A stretch of DNA of 64,000 bases from Eledone cirrhosa (lineage: Eukaryota): contig OZ024746.1 in assembly GCA_964016885.1 (NCBI GenBank), forward strand, positions 12,028,001-12,092,000, written 5' to 3'. The translations under genes and the position numbers were made by a program. A model generated the notes under the pieces. It ran no database searches. It had not been told where the DNA came from and was given only the letters and a program-made list of their open reading frames with translations. Every line of letters starts with the position of its first letter. Within the stretch, counting starts at the first letter, position 1. Shown here one piece after another: positions 51,018-63,850 of this stretch.

Positions 51018-52682
51018 ACTAGTCCAATATGAAATCTTAATTGAGGATCCAATGACCCATTGTTTAAAGTTACAATTTGTTTGTAATGGCTTTGTCTTAG
51101 CATAAACAGATTCAACCACCCCTAATCACTGAATGTTTTCTGTTCATAGCTTATCTGGTTCTGGAAGGTAAATTGATGTCATCAAGTGTCTTTTAGTGCT
51201 TTCTATATTTTTGAAGTATTTGTTTATTACTATTCCAATTACAATTCCAATTTTCTTCATTAGATTGAAGTGACCTCAACACAAATATATTATTAGTACT
51301 TATTTTATTGAAACTGAAGGGTTGTAAGAAAGTTAATGTGTAGGATTTGACCTTTGAAGACTGAATGAAACTGTACAGTGCATAATTTCAGAGTGTCTCT
51401 TAACTATTTATCCAACTGTCTGCACCGATATATTTTTACAATATTGAAAATATGTTTACTTTTTAAGATATACAAGTCGTTCTCTCCCTGTAATGTACTT
51501 AGTTTATAATATTTTTGATGTAGAGGTAAAGAAAATCCAACAGAAAAAAGAGTTTAAATCTACCCCCGGTCTATGTTGATGAATTGGCAGAATAGTTACA
51601 GCTTTGGGCAAAAAGTCTGTGATATTTATTTACACTTTCAGTTAAAATCCCACCAATGTCAATTTTACTTTTCAATCATAGAGATGGGTTTAATAAAATA
51701 CCAGTCAAATGCTATAAAGTATCTTAGATTATCTTCCTTGTTTTCACATTCACTTTTCTATGCTGGTATTGGTTGGTTGGGATGTTTTAAGACAGTTCTA
51801 CAGATGGCTACCCTTCTTGATGCCACCCCTTTTAGTCACCTCTTAGAGCATGCAGGGATATGGTGCACCTATTCTAAAAACTGAGATAACACACTAGATG
51901 TGAATAGAAGACAATAACTTGCATCCTTTTGAGGCTAACAAAATAAATACTGGGTAGTAAGTAGTGGGGTGGTGTCCCATATTAGCCAGACATTGTCCAA
52001 TGACTGAAATTAGTAAAAAGAATAAAGCTATAACAATTTGATAATTTCAGATGTGGAAGTTAATGTCAAACATGTTGTTTTCCTGCCATGGTATATATAA
52101 CCTAGATAGACCAGTATGTCAGAAGGAAGTAAAGAACATTTGAATTCTCAGCTCTAATAGTTTTCATTACATAATTAACTAATAAGGAATTCTGATATAC
52201 TTAAAATGTTTGAGGAGAAACTTGAGTTAACCATTAAATCAAATCAAATCCCTCTGGAAAACCAGAGAGAGAGAGAGGGTGGGTCGTTCTGTTTTCCTGT
52301 ATATAGAAAGCAAGCATAGTGGAGTTTATCAAACGATTAATAATTTGCCGAAAGTAATCAGGACAAAGAAAGAAAACAAAGGTGTGGGGTAAGAAGACAT
52401 GCACATTCAATTACATACCACAGCTGGCGGCATTGGAGCTTTCATCTAATCATTTTTAAGGTCAACCAACACAAAGTATTCCTGCTGGTGATAGCGAGGC
52501 TAAGATGCTGGAATAAACAAGCACCCTTGTGAGTATCACCTGATCTGTGGGTAAGGCAAGCCACTATTAGTGACAAGAACCTCGTTGTCAGCAGCCCAAT
52601 TCCCCTAAATGTCTCAAATACCACAGGCTTAAAAGAATTGTTTGCTATATTTCCTGGTATTTTAGAACTTTATTCTGTTCAG

Positions 52683-52828
52683 CTACAGATGCTGTGACCC
52701 TCACCTTCACTTCAGCTAGAAACCTTGTTTCACTACAGATGCTGTGACCCTCACCTTCACTTCAGCTAGAAACCTTGTTTCACTACAGATGCTGTGACCC
52801 TCACCTTCACTTCAGCTGGAAACCTTAT
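52683..52828. repeat. 50-bp tandem repeat, about 3 copies
   Basis: ctacagatgctgtgaccctcaccttcacttcagctagaaaccttgtttca repeated at 52683, 52733 and 52783. Confidence 0.92.
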
Positions 52829-54699
52829 GTAAATGTACTAAATGAACTGGCTGAAACTAAAATCAATTTGAGATGTTAGCACCATACCATGTGGCATGTA
52901 AACACTAAAGTGTATTTCTATATGTGAATGTAATAGATTAATAACTTTGGAAGGATGAAAGGCAATGTCAGTACTGGTGGCATTTTAAATGTGGATCACT
53001 AAAAACTGCATTATTGACTTAATCTGCTGAGTATAACACCCAAATCTTTCTTGAGTTACTCTTAATGTCTTAAAAAAATTAGAGATAAACTTATTGGATA
53101 ATGTAGACCTAGATACATTATGTTCAGAAGTAGGATGGGATTATCATGACTTGAAGACCTTTAACCACAGTTACAGACATGGCTCCATGGTTAAGGAGTT
53201 TAGCAATCATGTGGTTCTGGGTTTGTTTCCACTAAGTGACACATTGGGCCAGTGCCTTATATTATAGCCTCAAGCCATCCTTAGTAACATTGGTTAGACA
53301 GACGGTTCTTGTGTGGTAAACCTAAATTGTTGTCTAGTTTAACACCTCTCCCCACCCTTGCCTTTAGCGGGGTCTGCCCTATTGCAAGCACTCATCTCCG
53401 GTGTGAGAGTAACATGTTACCTTTACACACTTCTTTTCAACTGCATCAATCCACAATTGATTACTTCCCATTTGCCAGTCTTAGAGGCTTTGTATAAGTC
53501 GTGAACCCTTCTTTTCCTATTCTACATAAGCCATTAAAAAAAGTGGCTTACATTTTTATATAACCTACCCAATTAAAAAGCAAGACAATGACGGAAATGC
53601 CAGCTATAGATTTTTTTCTTTTGATTTCATTAGCATGCAGTTTTAGATCGATTTTACTACTAGTGATATGAATAAATAAACTAAAAATTGTGTGTGTGTG
53701 GAGGGGTTAGAGATGGAGGGAGCTGTATTTTCTATGAAACTTTGAAAAAGGAGATGAAAAGTGTATGTGGAAGTGAAATTGTAGGTGAGAATGTGATGAG
53801 GGAAAAAGAAGGAAAGCATGTTTTTGTTAAAAAAAAAGAAGGAAAGCATGTTTTTTTTTTAAAAAAAAAAGCAAAGCTTTTGGGAGACGAGATAAGTGAA
53901 AAGTTTATATTTAGTGGGTGGATTGTATTCACTCACATGTAAAAAAAGAGGAGAAATCTGTGGAAATATGTTTATATAGATAAGAGAGACAGAGTGTATG
54001 GAAATACAGAGTTTACAATTTTGTTTTCCAGATTCGATTAAACAATTGTTTCCCATCTGGTTAATACACTGTTTATTGTTTCTACAATCACTCTCTCCAC
54101 AACTACTTTACATTAATTGATCTTTACAACGCACCTATTCAAACTCCTACCAATAATAACTTATTTCCCATATCCTTTAGAGGTTAACTTCATTGATTTT
54201 TTTTTTTCTCTCATCTTTTGGTATCTCCTTTCACTGACTCCATTTGAATAAAATCACTGTTTGGTGAGATGTTAAGTGGTCATAGTTTCTAAATCCTGTT
54301 TTTTATTTAAAAAAAAAAAACTTTTCTTTTAAGAGTGGAGATAGGGCTCGTCACCAAGTGATGACACAGGAGCACTGAATGGCACTGCCTTCACACTTTT
54401 CCCACATGATGCGGGTGAAAGCTTGTATGAAAGACACTTGTTCCATTAAGTTTTTATTTACTAAAAACTGTATTATTAGCGAAGGAGGGGGGGGGGGTGA
54501 TTTTGCTAATCATAGTAGGCTTATTACATTTTCTTTGAATTATAAACTCTATATAAAATGTCTCTTTATATAGCATATTAGCTGATGTACCCAGCTTTGC
54601 CCAGGTAAACATTAATATCAATAAATCTTCTTGAATATACCCTCATTCCATTGCTGTACTAACTTTTCAATTGTCAGTTTTCTCTCTTTTATATTATGT

Positions 54700-54962
54700 A
54701 TCATCATCATCACCGTTTTACATCCATTCTTCCACACTAGCATGGGTTAGACGGGTTGTCCTGTTGTGGGCAGTGCTCGGTCGGCTGACCATGTCTTGCT
54801 CATACGGGAACTGATTCTGGCTTTATTTCTACAGCTGGATGCCCTTCCTAACACCAACCTCATTTACAGTGAGTGCTGGGTGCTTTTTTTCTCGTGGCGC
54901 CTACACATCCACTTTACAGTGTGCGTTGGATGCTTTTTTGCCATGGCACCTCCACGACCACT
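54700..54962 (-). mobile_element. Family B short element with about 2-3 diverged units
   Basis: (cat)n...tagcatgggtt...gctggatgcccttcctaacaccaacc...tttacagtg units. Confidence 0.8.
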
Positions 54963-55042
54963 TGGGAGGGGGTGGGGGCATATTGTCTATATGCATAGAT
55001 GACGTAATCTATTATGTGTATATGAACATATTTAAGTGTTCC

Positions 55043-55892
55043 TGTATAGATTACATCTTGTATAGATTACATCTTGTATAGATTACATCTTGTATAGATT
55101 ACATCTTGTATAGATTACATCTTGTTGTATAGATTACATCTTGTTGTATAGATTACATCTTGTTGTATAGATTACATCTTGTTGTATAGATTACATCTTG
55201 TTGTATAGATTACATCTTGTTGTATAGATTACATCTTGTTGTATAGATTACATCTTGTTGTATAAATTACATCTTGTTGTATAAATTACATCTTGTTGTA
55301 TAGATTACATCTTGTATAGATTACATCTTGTTGTATAGATTACATCTTGTTGTATAGATTACATCTTGTTGTATAGATTACATCTTGTTGTATAGATTAC
55401 ATCTTGTTGTATAGATTACATCTTGTTGTATAAATTACATCTTGTTGTATAGATTACATCTTGTTGTATAGATTACATCTTGTTGTATAAATTACATCTT
55501 GTTGTATAAATTACATCTTGTTGTATAAATTACATCTTGTTGTATAAATTACATCTTGTTGTATAAATTACATCTTGTTGTATAAATTACATCTTGTTGT
55601 ATAGATTACATCTTGTTGTATAGATTACATCTTGTTGTATAGATTACATCTTGTTGTATAGATTACATCTTGTTGTATAGATTACATCTTGTATAGATTA
55701 CATCTTGTTGTATAGATTACATCTTGTTGTATAAATTACATCTTGTTGTATAGATTACATCTTGTATAAATTATATCTTGTTGTATAAATTATATCTTGT
55801 TGTATAAATTATATCTTGTTGTATAGATTACATCTTGTTGTATAGATTACATCTTGTTGTATAGATTACATCTTGTATAGATTACATCTTGC
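55043..55892. repeat. Minisatellite, 18/21-bp unit (gtatagattacatctt[gtt]), about 40 copies
   Basis: Direct inspection; length variants differ by one gtt. Confidence 0.95.
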
Positions 55893-56227
55893 TTTATAAA
55901 CAATATTGGTGACAAATAAAGAAACACCTGATCTGAAACAAAGTGACAAAATCTCAGATTAGTAAATGAGAAATGTCACAATTTATGAAATGGCAGGCAA
56001 AAATGACAGCTTTTTGTTGATGAATAAAAAAGAAAAGAAACAACAACAAAAAACAAACAAACAACAAAAAACAAACAAACAAACTACAGAAATACAGTAA
56101 AAGAATTGTTTTTATTGATATTGAAGAAAATGTAATGTTAACTATCGCAACAATAAACTCTACTAAGCCAAGTATCAAGTACTCTTTAGAGTAATGGTTT
56201 AACCAGTTTCAAACTGAATCCATCCTG

Positions 56228-56264
<37 letters not shown>

Positions 56265-56269
56265 CATAT

Positions 56270-56457
56270 GTAGGTAACACGGTAAAAACCTCCCAGTCCA
56301 CACTGTAAACGTGGTTGGTGTTAGGAAGGGCATCCAGCCATAGAAAACCCGCCAGACAGTCCTATACGAGCAAGACAACCCATCTTGCCTCAAGTGGGAA
56401 AACTCCCGTCCAAACCCATGCAAGCGTGGAAGATGGACATTAAACGATGATGATGAT
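56270..56457 (+). mobile_element. Family B short element with one unit
   Basis: cccagtccacactgtaaacgtggttggtgttaggaagggcatccagcc...aacccatgcaagcgtggaagatggacattaaac(gat)n. Confidence 0.8.
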
Positions 56458-56467
56458 ATATATATAC

Positions 56468-56524
<57 letters not shown>

Positions 56525-56672
56525 CATATATATATACATATATATACATATATATATATACATATATATATATCAGTTCCCGTCCCACCCTTGCAAGCAG
56601 GGAAAAGCAGACATAAAATGATGATGATGATAATGATGATGTATATATAAATAAGTCTTTTAGCTAAATATA

Positions 56673-56803
56673 AAGTTGTGTTGGGTTGCACTCATAGTTT
56701 TATTGGGTTGCACTCAGTTTTATTGAGTTGCACTCATAGTGGTATTGAGTTGCACTCATAGTTGTATTGGGTCCGCTCTATAGTTTTATTGGGTTGCGCT
56801 CAT
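56673..56803. repeat. ~22-bp tandem repeat (agttttattgggttgcactcat), about 6 copies
   Basis: Direct inspection. Confidence 0.85.
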
Positions 56804-57696
56804 GAAAGAAACGATAGGCATTATGTTTTACTAACAACGTGGATATACAAAAAGAAAAAAAAAACAGCAGCATAAAAACAAAAAACAAACAAACATTACA
56901 TAAATTATTAAAATAATCCTTAAATATTGTTTTGAAAAAAAAAGAAAAAAAAATGAAATATAGAGCAGAAATTAACTTATTGGACTCTCCAATAATTGAA
57001 AAATGTATTTTGTAACTAGATTAATAAATATTGAAAAATTTATTTATTGGATGTGTGTTCTATTATATTTTCTCTTCATAACATATCAATATAAAATCAC
57101 TCCCTAAGCTGTCTATAAAAAATTGTTACAAATTATCAGTAAGTCAAGTCAAATTAAATTGAATTAAATTATATTATTTATATTATTTATTTGATCTTGT
57201 CATATTATGGGATTCTGGTGGTTCTGATTAAGTACCAATTCTAAATTTATCTTTCCATCAATTCTACTGTTCATCTCTATAAAATTTAATGTTGTTGTTT
57301 TATGAATATGTTTGGCATCATTAATGAGATGTCAGAGACAAATGAAGATATATTCTACTGTAGACAAAATTTAGTTGACAGAATGTGAAAAACTACTATT
57401 AATATAATAATAATAATAATGAAATTATTGTGTACAGTGCTCAGGTGTACTACAACTCATCAAAGGTGCATGTATAGTACATAGAATAATGTACAAATGT
57501 CAGGAAAATGAACAGTGTATGAGTCATGATATAATAACAATAACAATAATGAAATATTGTGTACAGTGCCCAGGTGCACCACAACTCATCAAAAAAGTGC
57601 ATGTACAGTACATAGGGCAATGCACAAACATCAGTAAAATGAACAGTGCACGAGTCATGATACACACATGTGTGCATGTGTATAGAAGGGGTACAT

Positions 57697-57935
57697 CAGG
57701 TGTAGTTTTGGCGTATTTCGGGAAGCATGAGTGTCTTAAAGGATGCAGTGTCTCGGCAGCTAACAATTGACGCAGGCAGTTTGTTCCATGCTTCAGCAAC
57801 TCTGAGCGTGAAAAAATGTCTGCGAAAGTCATGGGAGCTGTGCTGTTTTCTTATCTTGTAGGCATGTCCACGTGTGTTAGACACATGGAGATCAAAGAGG
57901 CGCTCAGGGTTGCAGTTGGCGATGATGCTTAATAT
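57697..57935 (-). pseudogene. CR1-like LINE ORF2 C-terminal fragment
   Basis: SNTRGHAYKIRKQHSSHDFRRHFFTLRVAEAWNKLPASIV; typical TRGH...RxxFFxxRVxxxWNxLP motif. Confidence 0.8.
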
Positions 57936-57959
57936 CCTTGTTGTCTCTTGTCACAGTCA

Positions 57960-58165
57960 TTGCTTCCACCACCACCACCATCATCACCACCACCACCACC
58001 ACCACCACTACCACCACTACCACTACTACCACCATCATCATCACCTCCCACTACCACTACTACCACCATCACCTGCTGCCACCACCACCACCACTGCCAC
58101 CACCACCATCACTGCTTCCACCATCATCATCAGCTCCCACCACCACTGCTGCCACCACCACCACT
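57960..58165. repeat. (CAC/CAT)n low-complexity repeat; similar tracts at 1-120 and 12360-12810
   Basis: Direct inspection. Confidence 0.9.
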
Positions 58166-58173
58166 AACAGATT

Positions 58174-58388
58174 ATTATTTTAACACCCAAGGGCGGTGGA
58201 TTGGCAGTATCGGTAGAGGGTCGGACGCCATGCTTTGCAGCATAGAGTTTCACCCCTTTATGGTCTGAGTTCAAATCCCACCGAGGTTAACTTTACCTTT
58301 CATCCTTTCGGTGTTGATAAAATAAAGTACCAGTAATACACTGGGGATAATTGCTGGCCAAAAGTAGAAACAATTATTTTAACACCCA
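58174..58388 (+). mobile_element. SINE family A, full length with 16-bp TSD
   Basis: attattttaacaccca at 58174-58189 and 58373-58388; A and B boxes present. Confidence 0.9.
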
Positions 58389-58631
58389 TTTTTCCTTATT
58401 GGCATGGTTTAAAAAAATATATCATTTGTCAGTTCTCAATGTACCTCAAACTTATACCAGTTTATCTGTTAGGGATCAACATTCACAATCTGACTTATTC
58501 TCATTTTTCTTCTGTAAAAAATACAGAACAAACAAAACAAAAACAAAACAGTATTATATTTGTCATTTCTTAAATTTGAAATTGTTTTCTTTGTTTTTTT
58601 TTAAATTCCAAATTTTCTCTCTATTTTTTAG

Positions 58632-58730
58632 CTGTCTGCAATTTTCCTGGCGACGTACCTCATGGATTACCTTTATCAACAGGAGACACTGTACATATTT
58701 TTGAAGTTTACAGCAGAAATGATGAGCCAA
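58632..58730 (+). CDS. DOCK3: Internal coding exon of a DOCK3/DOCK4 (DOCK-B, Sponge-like) dedicator of cytokinesis protein, SH3 domain part 1
   Basis: Acceptor ctattttttag| and donor |gtaaga; 99 nt, phase 1-1. Translates (x)VCNFPGDVPHGLPLSTGDTVHIFEVYSRNDEP, resembling DOCK3/4 V(I/V)xSFRGxVPxGLxLEIGxTVQILEK. DOCK3 versus DOCK4 cannot be resolved; probably the invertebrate pro-orthologue. Confidence 0.93.
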
Positions 58731-59321
58731 GTAAGATCTAGCTGTTTTGTAATTCTCTAAATATAAAAATATAAAATCCATGTTTTTAGAATAGGTACAC
58801 TGTATTCCTGCATGTTGTCATAAGTAACTAAAAGGGTTGGTGCCAGGAGGGACATCTGGCTGTAAGACATTGCTTCAAAATGTCCCGTCCAACCCATGGA
58901 CCCATGGGGAAAATGGGTGTAAAAAAAATGATGCTGAAAATATTTGGTAAACAAAGTTTAATCCTATTATTTTAAAACATTTATGCTGTGTATATCTAGA
59001 TTAGAATAGATACACCTACCTCCTAAGATCCAGAGATGATTTAGCAGAAAATATCTTAAAATATGTGAAAAGTTACAGTAAACTAAACTAAAGACTTTAA
59101 ATGTTAATGTGATGCAGTCATAGTGTTATTTTGTACTTTTCAAGAATGTCTTGTTAATAATGCAGTTTCATGGAGTACAGGATTTTAAAAGTTATTCAGA
59201 GATTATGGGTAGCTTTTGCATATATATATATATATTTTGTCGTCCAAGGGCTATATATAGCAAAAGACTTGCTGACTAGTGCAACTGAACCTGTAACAAC
59301 ATGATGCTGAAGTGAACTTCT

Positions 59322-59539
59322 TTAACCCCATTACTCTATATATACTATTATATTTTCACGATAAAGGCTTTATCTTACATAATTATCTCACATAATATTG
59401 AATCTACGAGATTTTGATATTATTTATTTTTTAGAACAATACCTTAACATCAGTATGAGCTCCGGTTACAGTCGGTTTGAAGAGAATGGGGTGAGGGAAT
59501 TCTAGCTGGATATAGCTGGTTTAAATGCTAAAGGGTTAA
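59322..59539 (-). mobile_element. piggyBac-type MITE family 1 copy
   Basis: TTAA|cccc...taaatgctaaaggg|TTAA; body matches the other copies in reverse. Confidence 0.78.
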
Positions 59540-60267
59540 CACAACAATCATGTCATATATGATATATATATGTATGTAACATCAACATTTTTATGTCAGT
59601 TTTTCATGCTGGCATAGGTTTGTCAAGACTTTGAGGCAGAATTCTATGGCCTGATACTCTTCTTGATGCCAACCCTAACTTTTTCCATTTTCTAAGGTAC
59701 AGATCTTGAGCTGGGGATATTCAGTTTATGTAGAACATAAACAAATGTGATGACAATTTTATATAATGTGTTCTTTAGTTTGCTTCAATTATCACAATTG
59801 AGGCCATGCTAGAAGAATATTTTATCATATCTGTCTTGAATTAATTCCTCATTACTTTTACAGCTGTTAAGCTTACTAATAAAGTCATAAGACATATTTG
59901 ATGGATCAAGGAAATAAATGGTTTAGAGTAAGCCTTAAAGTGGAGGAAAAAAATCACGTGTAAATATTACAGATAAGGTTAACTATGTTTGTTGATCCAG
60001 GGGAATTGGTTCAATCTCTAAGGAAGGTATAGAAGCAGGCAGTTATGGTCCAACCCATGCCAACATGGAAAGTAGACATATGGTGATGATGATGGCGATG
60101 AATGTTTGAACAGAGGTTTAGAAATAACACAAAGAAAGCTTTAAAATGCTGATGAATGTTAAACACAGATTTTTTTTATTAAATCAAAAGCATTTATATC
60201 TTCCATTTTATTTTTATTTCTTTTAACTGCTTCTGTTGGACAAATATTGTGTTGTTATTATTATAAT

Positions 60268-60982
60268 GAAGGGTGATGGGTTGGCAGAGTTGTTAGACTG
60301 TCAGACAAATATATAGCTGTATTCTTTTGGTTCTTTACATTTTGAGTTGAAATCTCACTGAGGTCAACTTTGCCATTCATCCTTCTGCTGTTGATAAAGT
60401 ACCAGTTAAGTACTGGGGTCAATAAAATCAACTTTCCTTTCCCCTCAAATTGCTGGCCTTGTACCAAGGTTAGAAAGAATTATTAAGAAAAAGCAGGGGT
60501 TTGGCAGAATCAGTAGAACCTTGGGGAAAAAAATGCTTTGTGATATTTTTTTCAGTTCTTTGTGATCTTAATTCAAATCTTACTGAGGTCAACTTTGCCT
60601 TTCATCCCACTGGGGTTGATGAAATAAAGTACCAGTTGTGTAGTGAGTTGATTCAATTGATTTTTCCTTCCTCTGTACTGGTTGTCTGTGCTCTCATTTT
60701 AAATCCCACCAAGGTCAACATTTCCTTTCGTCCTTCTGGTATCAATAAAATAAAATACCAGTAAGATACTGGAATCAATTTGATTGACTTCACGAATTGT
60801 TAGTCTTGTGTTTAAATTAGAGACCATGTGGAGTGGCAGTATCGGTAGAGCGTCGGACAATATGCTTTGCAACATAGAGTTATGGCCCTTTACGGTCTGA
60901 ATTAAAATTCCGTCAAGGTTAGCTCTGCCTTTCATCCTTATGGTGTCGATAAAATAAAGCACCAGTGCACCACTGGGGTCGA
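60268..60982 (+). mobile_element. Cluster of about 4 head-to-tail SINE family A copies of different ages
   Basis: Repeated ggcag-A-box, aaatcc-B-box and cctttcatcc domains at about 60270, 60500, 60700 and 60830. Confidence 0.78.
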
Positions 60983-61385
60983 AAAAGAAGAAACAGCTTT
61001 CTATGACCATGCTTTTTATTAAGAAATCTGCAATTTCAATCTTGAAAAATCTCCAATCATCAACCTCCAAGGAACTTGTGTTAGGCTTCTATCAAATCCT
61101 CAATGTACATATGTACTTTTATATAAAGGTCTTCAACAAACATGGTTTTTGAATGATATGGGAGCAGGGAGGTTGACAACATAAGATACAGTAAAGGTAT
61201 TGAAACATTTTTTACCTCTTAGATGATGTTAATAATCTACAAAATCAGTTTATTAAACAACTAATCATCTAAGACATTTAAAGAAAATTGTAAGCTTATT
61301 TTTTTTGTTTCTTTTTAATACAGGGATATTAGAAGAATTTCTATTAGTGATGTATCTATAAAATATTTCATATTTTTTTTTACAG

Positions 61386-61426
61386 ATTGGTACCGAGGCT
61401 GTTCTCTCAAGGTCAAAAACAAAATG
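61386..61426 (+). CDS. DOCK3: DOCK3/DOCK4-like coding exon, SH3 domain part 2
   Basis: Long poly-T tract, tacag| acceptor and |gtatgt donor; 41 nt, phase 1-0. In frame with the previous exon it gives NWYRGCSLKVKNKM (DOCK SH3 WYRG motif). Confidence 0.94.
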
Positions 61427-61654
61427 GTATGTAGCATGATACACATTTGTTACCTGATTTACTTATTATTACACCTGTAAGCTTTATATATCTTTCACTG
61501 GAGGAGATGTTTTGATTTGTTACCTTTCCTGATTTCTTGTAATACAATGAGACTGTAATAAATACTAAGGCCTTCCCTAGGGAAGAATGTATCACCCAAC
61601 ACAAGTTATTAGTGACATCAGAATAAACACAAGACAGAACAAGATATGCAGGAA

Positions 61655-62322
61655 ATGTGGAGATGAGGGTTTGGAAGCTTAAGCACCTTTGTGTTGAATA
61701 TAGGTTTAGAAAGGCCCTACGGAAGGCATTTGATGAGAGGGGAGATGAGTTAGATACATATGACAAAGAGGACAAATGGAAATTCTTATGTAACGATCTA
61801 CTGTGAGACAACTGATGAGACTTGTGGCTGGTGCAAAGAGCTAGCTAGACAGAAGGTGACCTATTGGTGGGACAGCACAGTGGATAGAGCCATTAAAGCC
61901 AAGAGATAGGCGTGAAAAGACTGGAAAAATAGGGATAACAAAGACCAGTACCAAGTAGCTAAGAGAGAAGTCAGGCGACAGGTATACACAGATCAGGGAG
62001 AGGCTGAAAATAGAAAGTTTGCCAATGTCTAGGGATGTGAGGATCAGAAATGTGAAGTGTTCTGCATTGCAAGGCAGTGTATCGGTGTGAAATGAGGCCT
62101 GGAAATGTTACTATGAGAGATTGACGAATGTAGAGAATACATGGGAGTAAAAGAGACTACCCCCAGCTTACCCAACAGAAGGGCCAGCTAATGAAGCTGA
62201 CAGTTATAGGGTCAAAGAAACAATTAAGGAGATGAAGGATTGTAAAGCTGCAGGACTGTCAGAGATAGTTGCTGAGATGCTAAAAGCATTGGGGGAAGTA
62301 AGACTAGTAACTCACATAGTCA
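61655..62322 (+). pseudogene. Decayed RTE LINE internal fragment inside a DOCK intron
   Basis: RVWKLK..., TDETCGWCK...TYWWDSTVDRAIKAKR and AIKEMKDCKAAGLSEIVAEMLKALGE, with stops and frameshifts. Confidence 0.8.
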
Positions 62323-62488
62323 GTGTGTGTGTGTGTGTGTACATGCATGCTTCGTACACTTTTAATATTGAGTAATCCATTTTTTGTTTTTTTGCTGTCA
62401 ACATACATTACTATTATAAGTTCTAATATGTGTGTGTCTGTACACTGTTGAGAACGTACATCTGATATGTTATCTTTGCTATCTGTAG

Positions 62489-62544
62489 GGTATATTTCCC
62501 GCAGCATTTATATGCACCAAACAGTGTAAAGTGGATAACGAAGG
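62489..62544 (+). CDS. DOCK3: DOCK3/DOCK4-like coding exon, SH3 domain end
   Basis: Acceptor atctgtag| and donor |gtaagt; 56 nt, phase 0-2. Translates GIFPAAFICTKQCKVDNEG (DOCK3/4: GIFPxxY(I/V)HLKxAxVxNxG). The gene continues beyond the window. Confidence 0.94.
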
Positions 62545-62744
62545 GTAAGTAATGAGATTTCACTTTGCTTCTGTCATTAACCATATGTCTTCTTTCTATT
62601 TGTTTTATATCATTTGTTTATTTTAAATCTGTTTTGTTTAGATATTCTTTAGCTTGAGAAGTGGCTCAGCCCACAGCAAATCTATGGTTTATAAAACATC
62701 TTATGACAGATGCAGTTAATGTTCAGTTAGAATTGGGCTGTATT

Positions 62745-62922
62745 GGATTGGCAGTATCAGTAGAGGGTCAGCTTTGCAGCATAGAGTTACGGCCCTTTGC
62801 GGTCTGAGTTAAAATCCTGCTAAAGTTAACTTTGCCTTTCATCTTTATGGGGTCGATAAAATAAAGTACCAGTAATGTACTGGGGAAATTACTGGCCTTG
62901 TGCCAAAAGTAGAAACAATTAT
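62745..62922 (+). mobile_element. SINE family A, short form
   Basis: ggattggcagtatcagtagagggtc...gtagaaacaattatt. Confidence 0.85.
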
Positions 62923-63040
62923 TAGATGGTGGAGAATGCTGGTCAGTGTATGAGATGTAATCAAACAGCTTTAATTCTCAGGATGAATATTTTGGTTTAT
63001 TTATATTAAGAAAAGTTAATAAAATACAATACTGGAAAGA

Positions 63041-63442
63041 TGAAGTGCTGGTGTCACAATAAAAGGCTCCCAGCCCGCTCTGTAAAGCGGAAGTGCTGGT
63101 GTCACAATAAAAGGCTCCCAGCCCGCTCTGTAAAGCGGAAGTGCTGGTGTCACAATAAAAGGCACCCAGCTGACACTGGAAGTGGAAGTGCTGGTATCAT
63201 GATAAAATGCACCCAGGCCACTCTGTAAAGTAGTACTGTTGGTCCATGATAAATTGTACCTAGTTCACACTGTAAAGTGGTAGATAAAAATAACACCCAA
63301 TCAACCCTAGCAGGTATTTGTAGTGATGCTATAAAAAAATAAACCCAGTAATGAGTAAGACATGGTCAGCTGTCCTGGCTAACCTCAGAATGTGACAACT
63401 CATTTAACCAGCATAGATGGAATGTGGTGATGATGATGATGG
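63041..63442 (+). mobile_element. Family B short element with about 5-6 copies of the 48-bp unit
   Basis: gaagtgctggtgtcacaataaaaggctcccagcccgctctgtaaagcg repeated, then diverged body and (gat)n tail. Confidence 0.75.
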
Positions 63443-63635
63443 AAAAAGTAAAATTGTTTTGTACATTTCTTATAACAAGTTAACATGGATTAGCATTTTT
63501 CTTTTTGATAATCCCTACCTTCTAAAAGTTTGATCAATAGTAATATGGTCAGTAAACTATTAAAGTATACATTGTTTGTGTTTTCATGATGGTTGTTTTA
63601 ATGGTCATTTTTATTAATAATATTACATGGGCACA

Positions 63636-63850
63636 GTGGATGGGAAGTATTGGTAGAGTATTGGACATGTTTTATGGCATAGGGTCATGCTCCTTTATGA
63701 TAAGAGTTCAAATCCTACCAAGGTTAGCTTTGCCTTTCATCCTTCGGGGTCGATAAAATAAAGTACCAGTAACACAGTGGGGTCGATTTAATCAACTCTC
63801 CTTTCTCCTAAAATTGTTGGCCTTGTGCCTTAATCAGAAACCAATATTAC
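63636..63850 (+). mobile_element. SINE family A, long form (diverged)
   Basis: gagttcaaatcc...cctttcatccttcggggtcgataaaataaagtaccag...ggtcgatttaatcaac. Confidence 0.8.

Noticed and set aside
61324-61385. Alternative upstream acceptor for the WYRG exon
   Set aside because: It would add 62 nt and shift the frame; no support.
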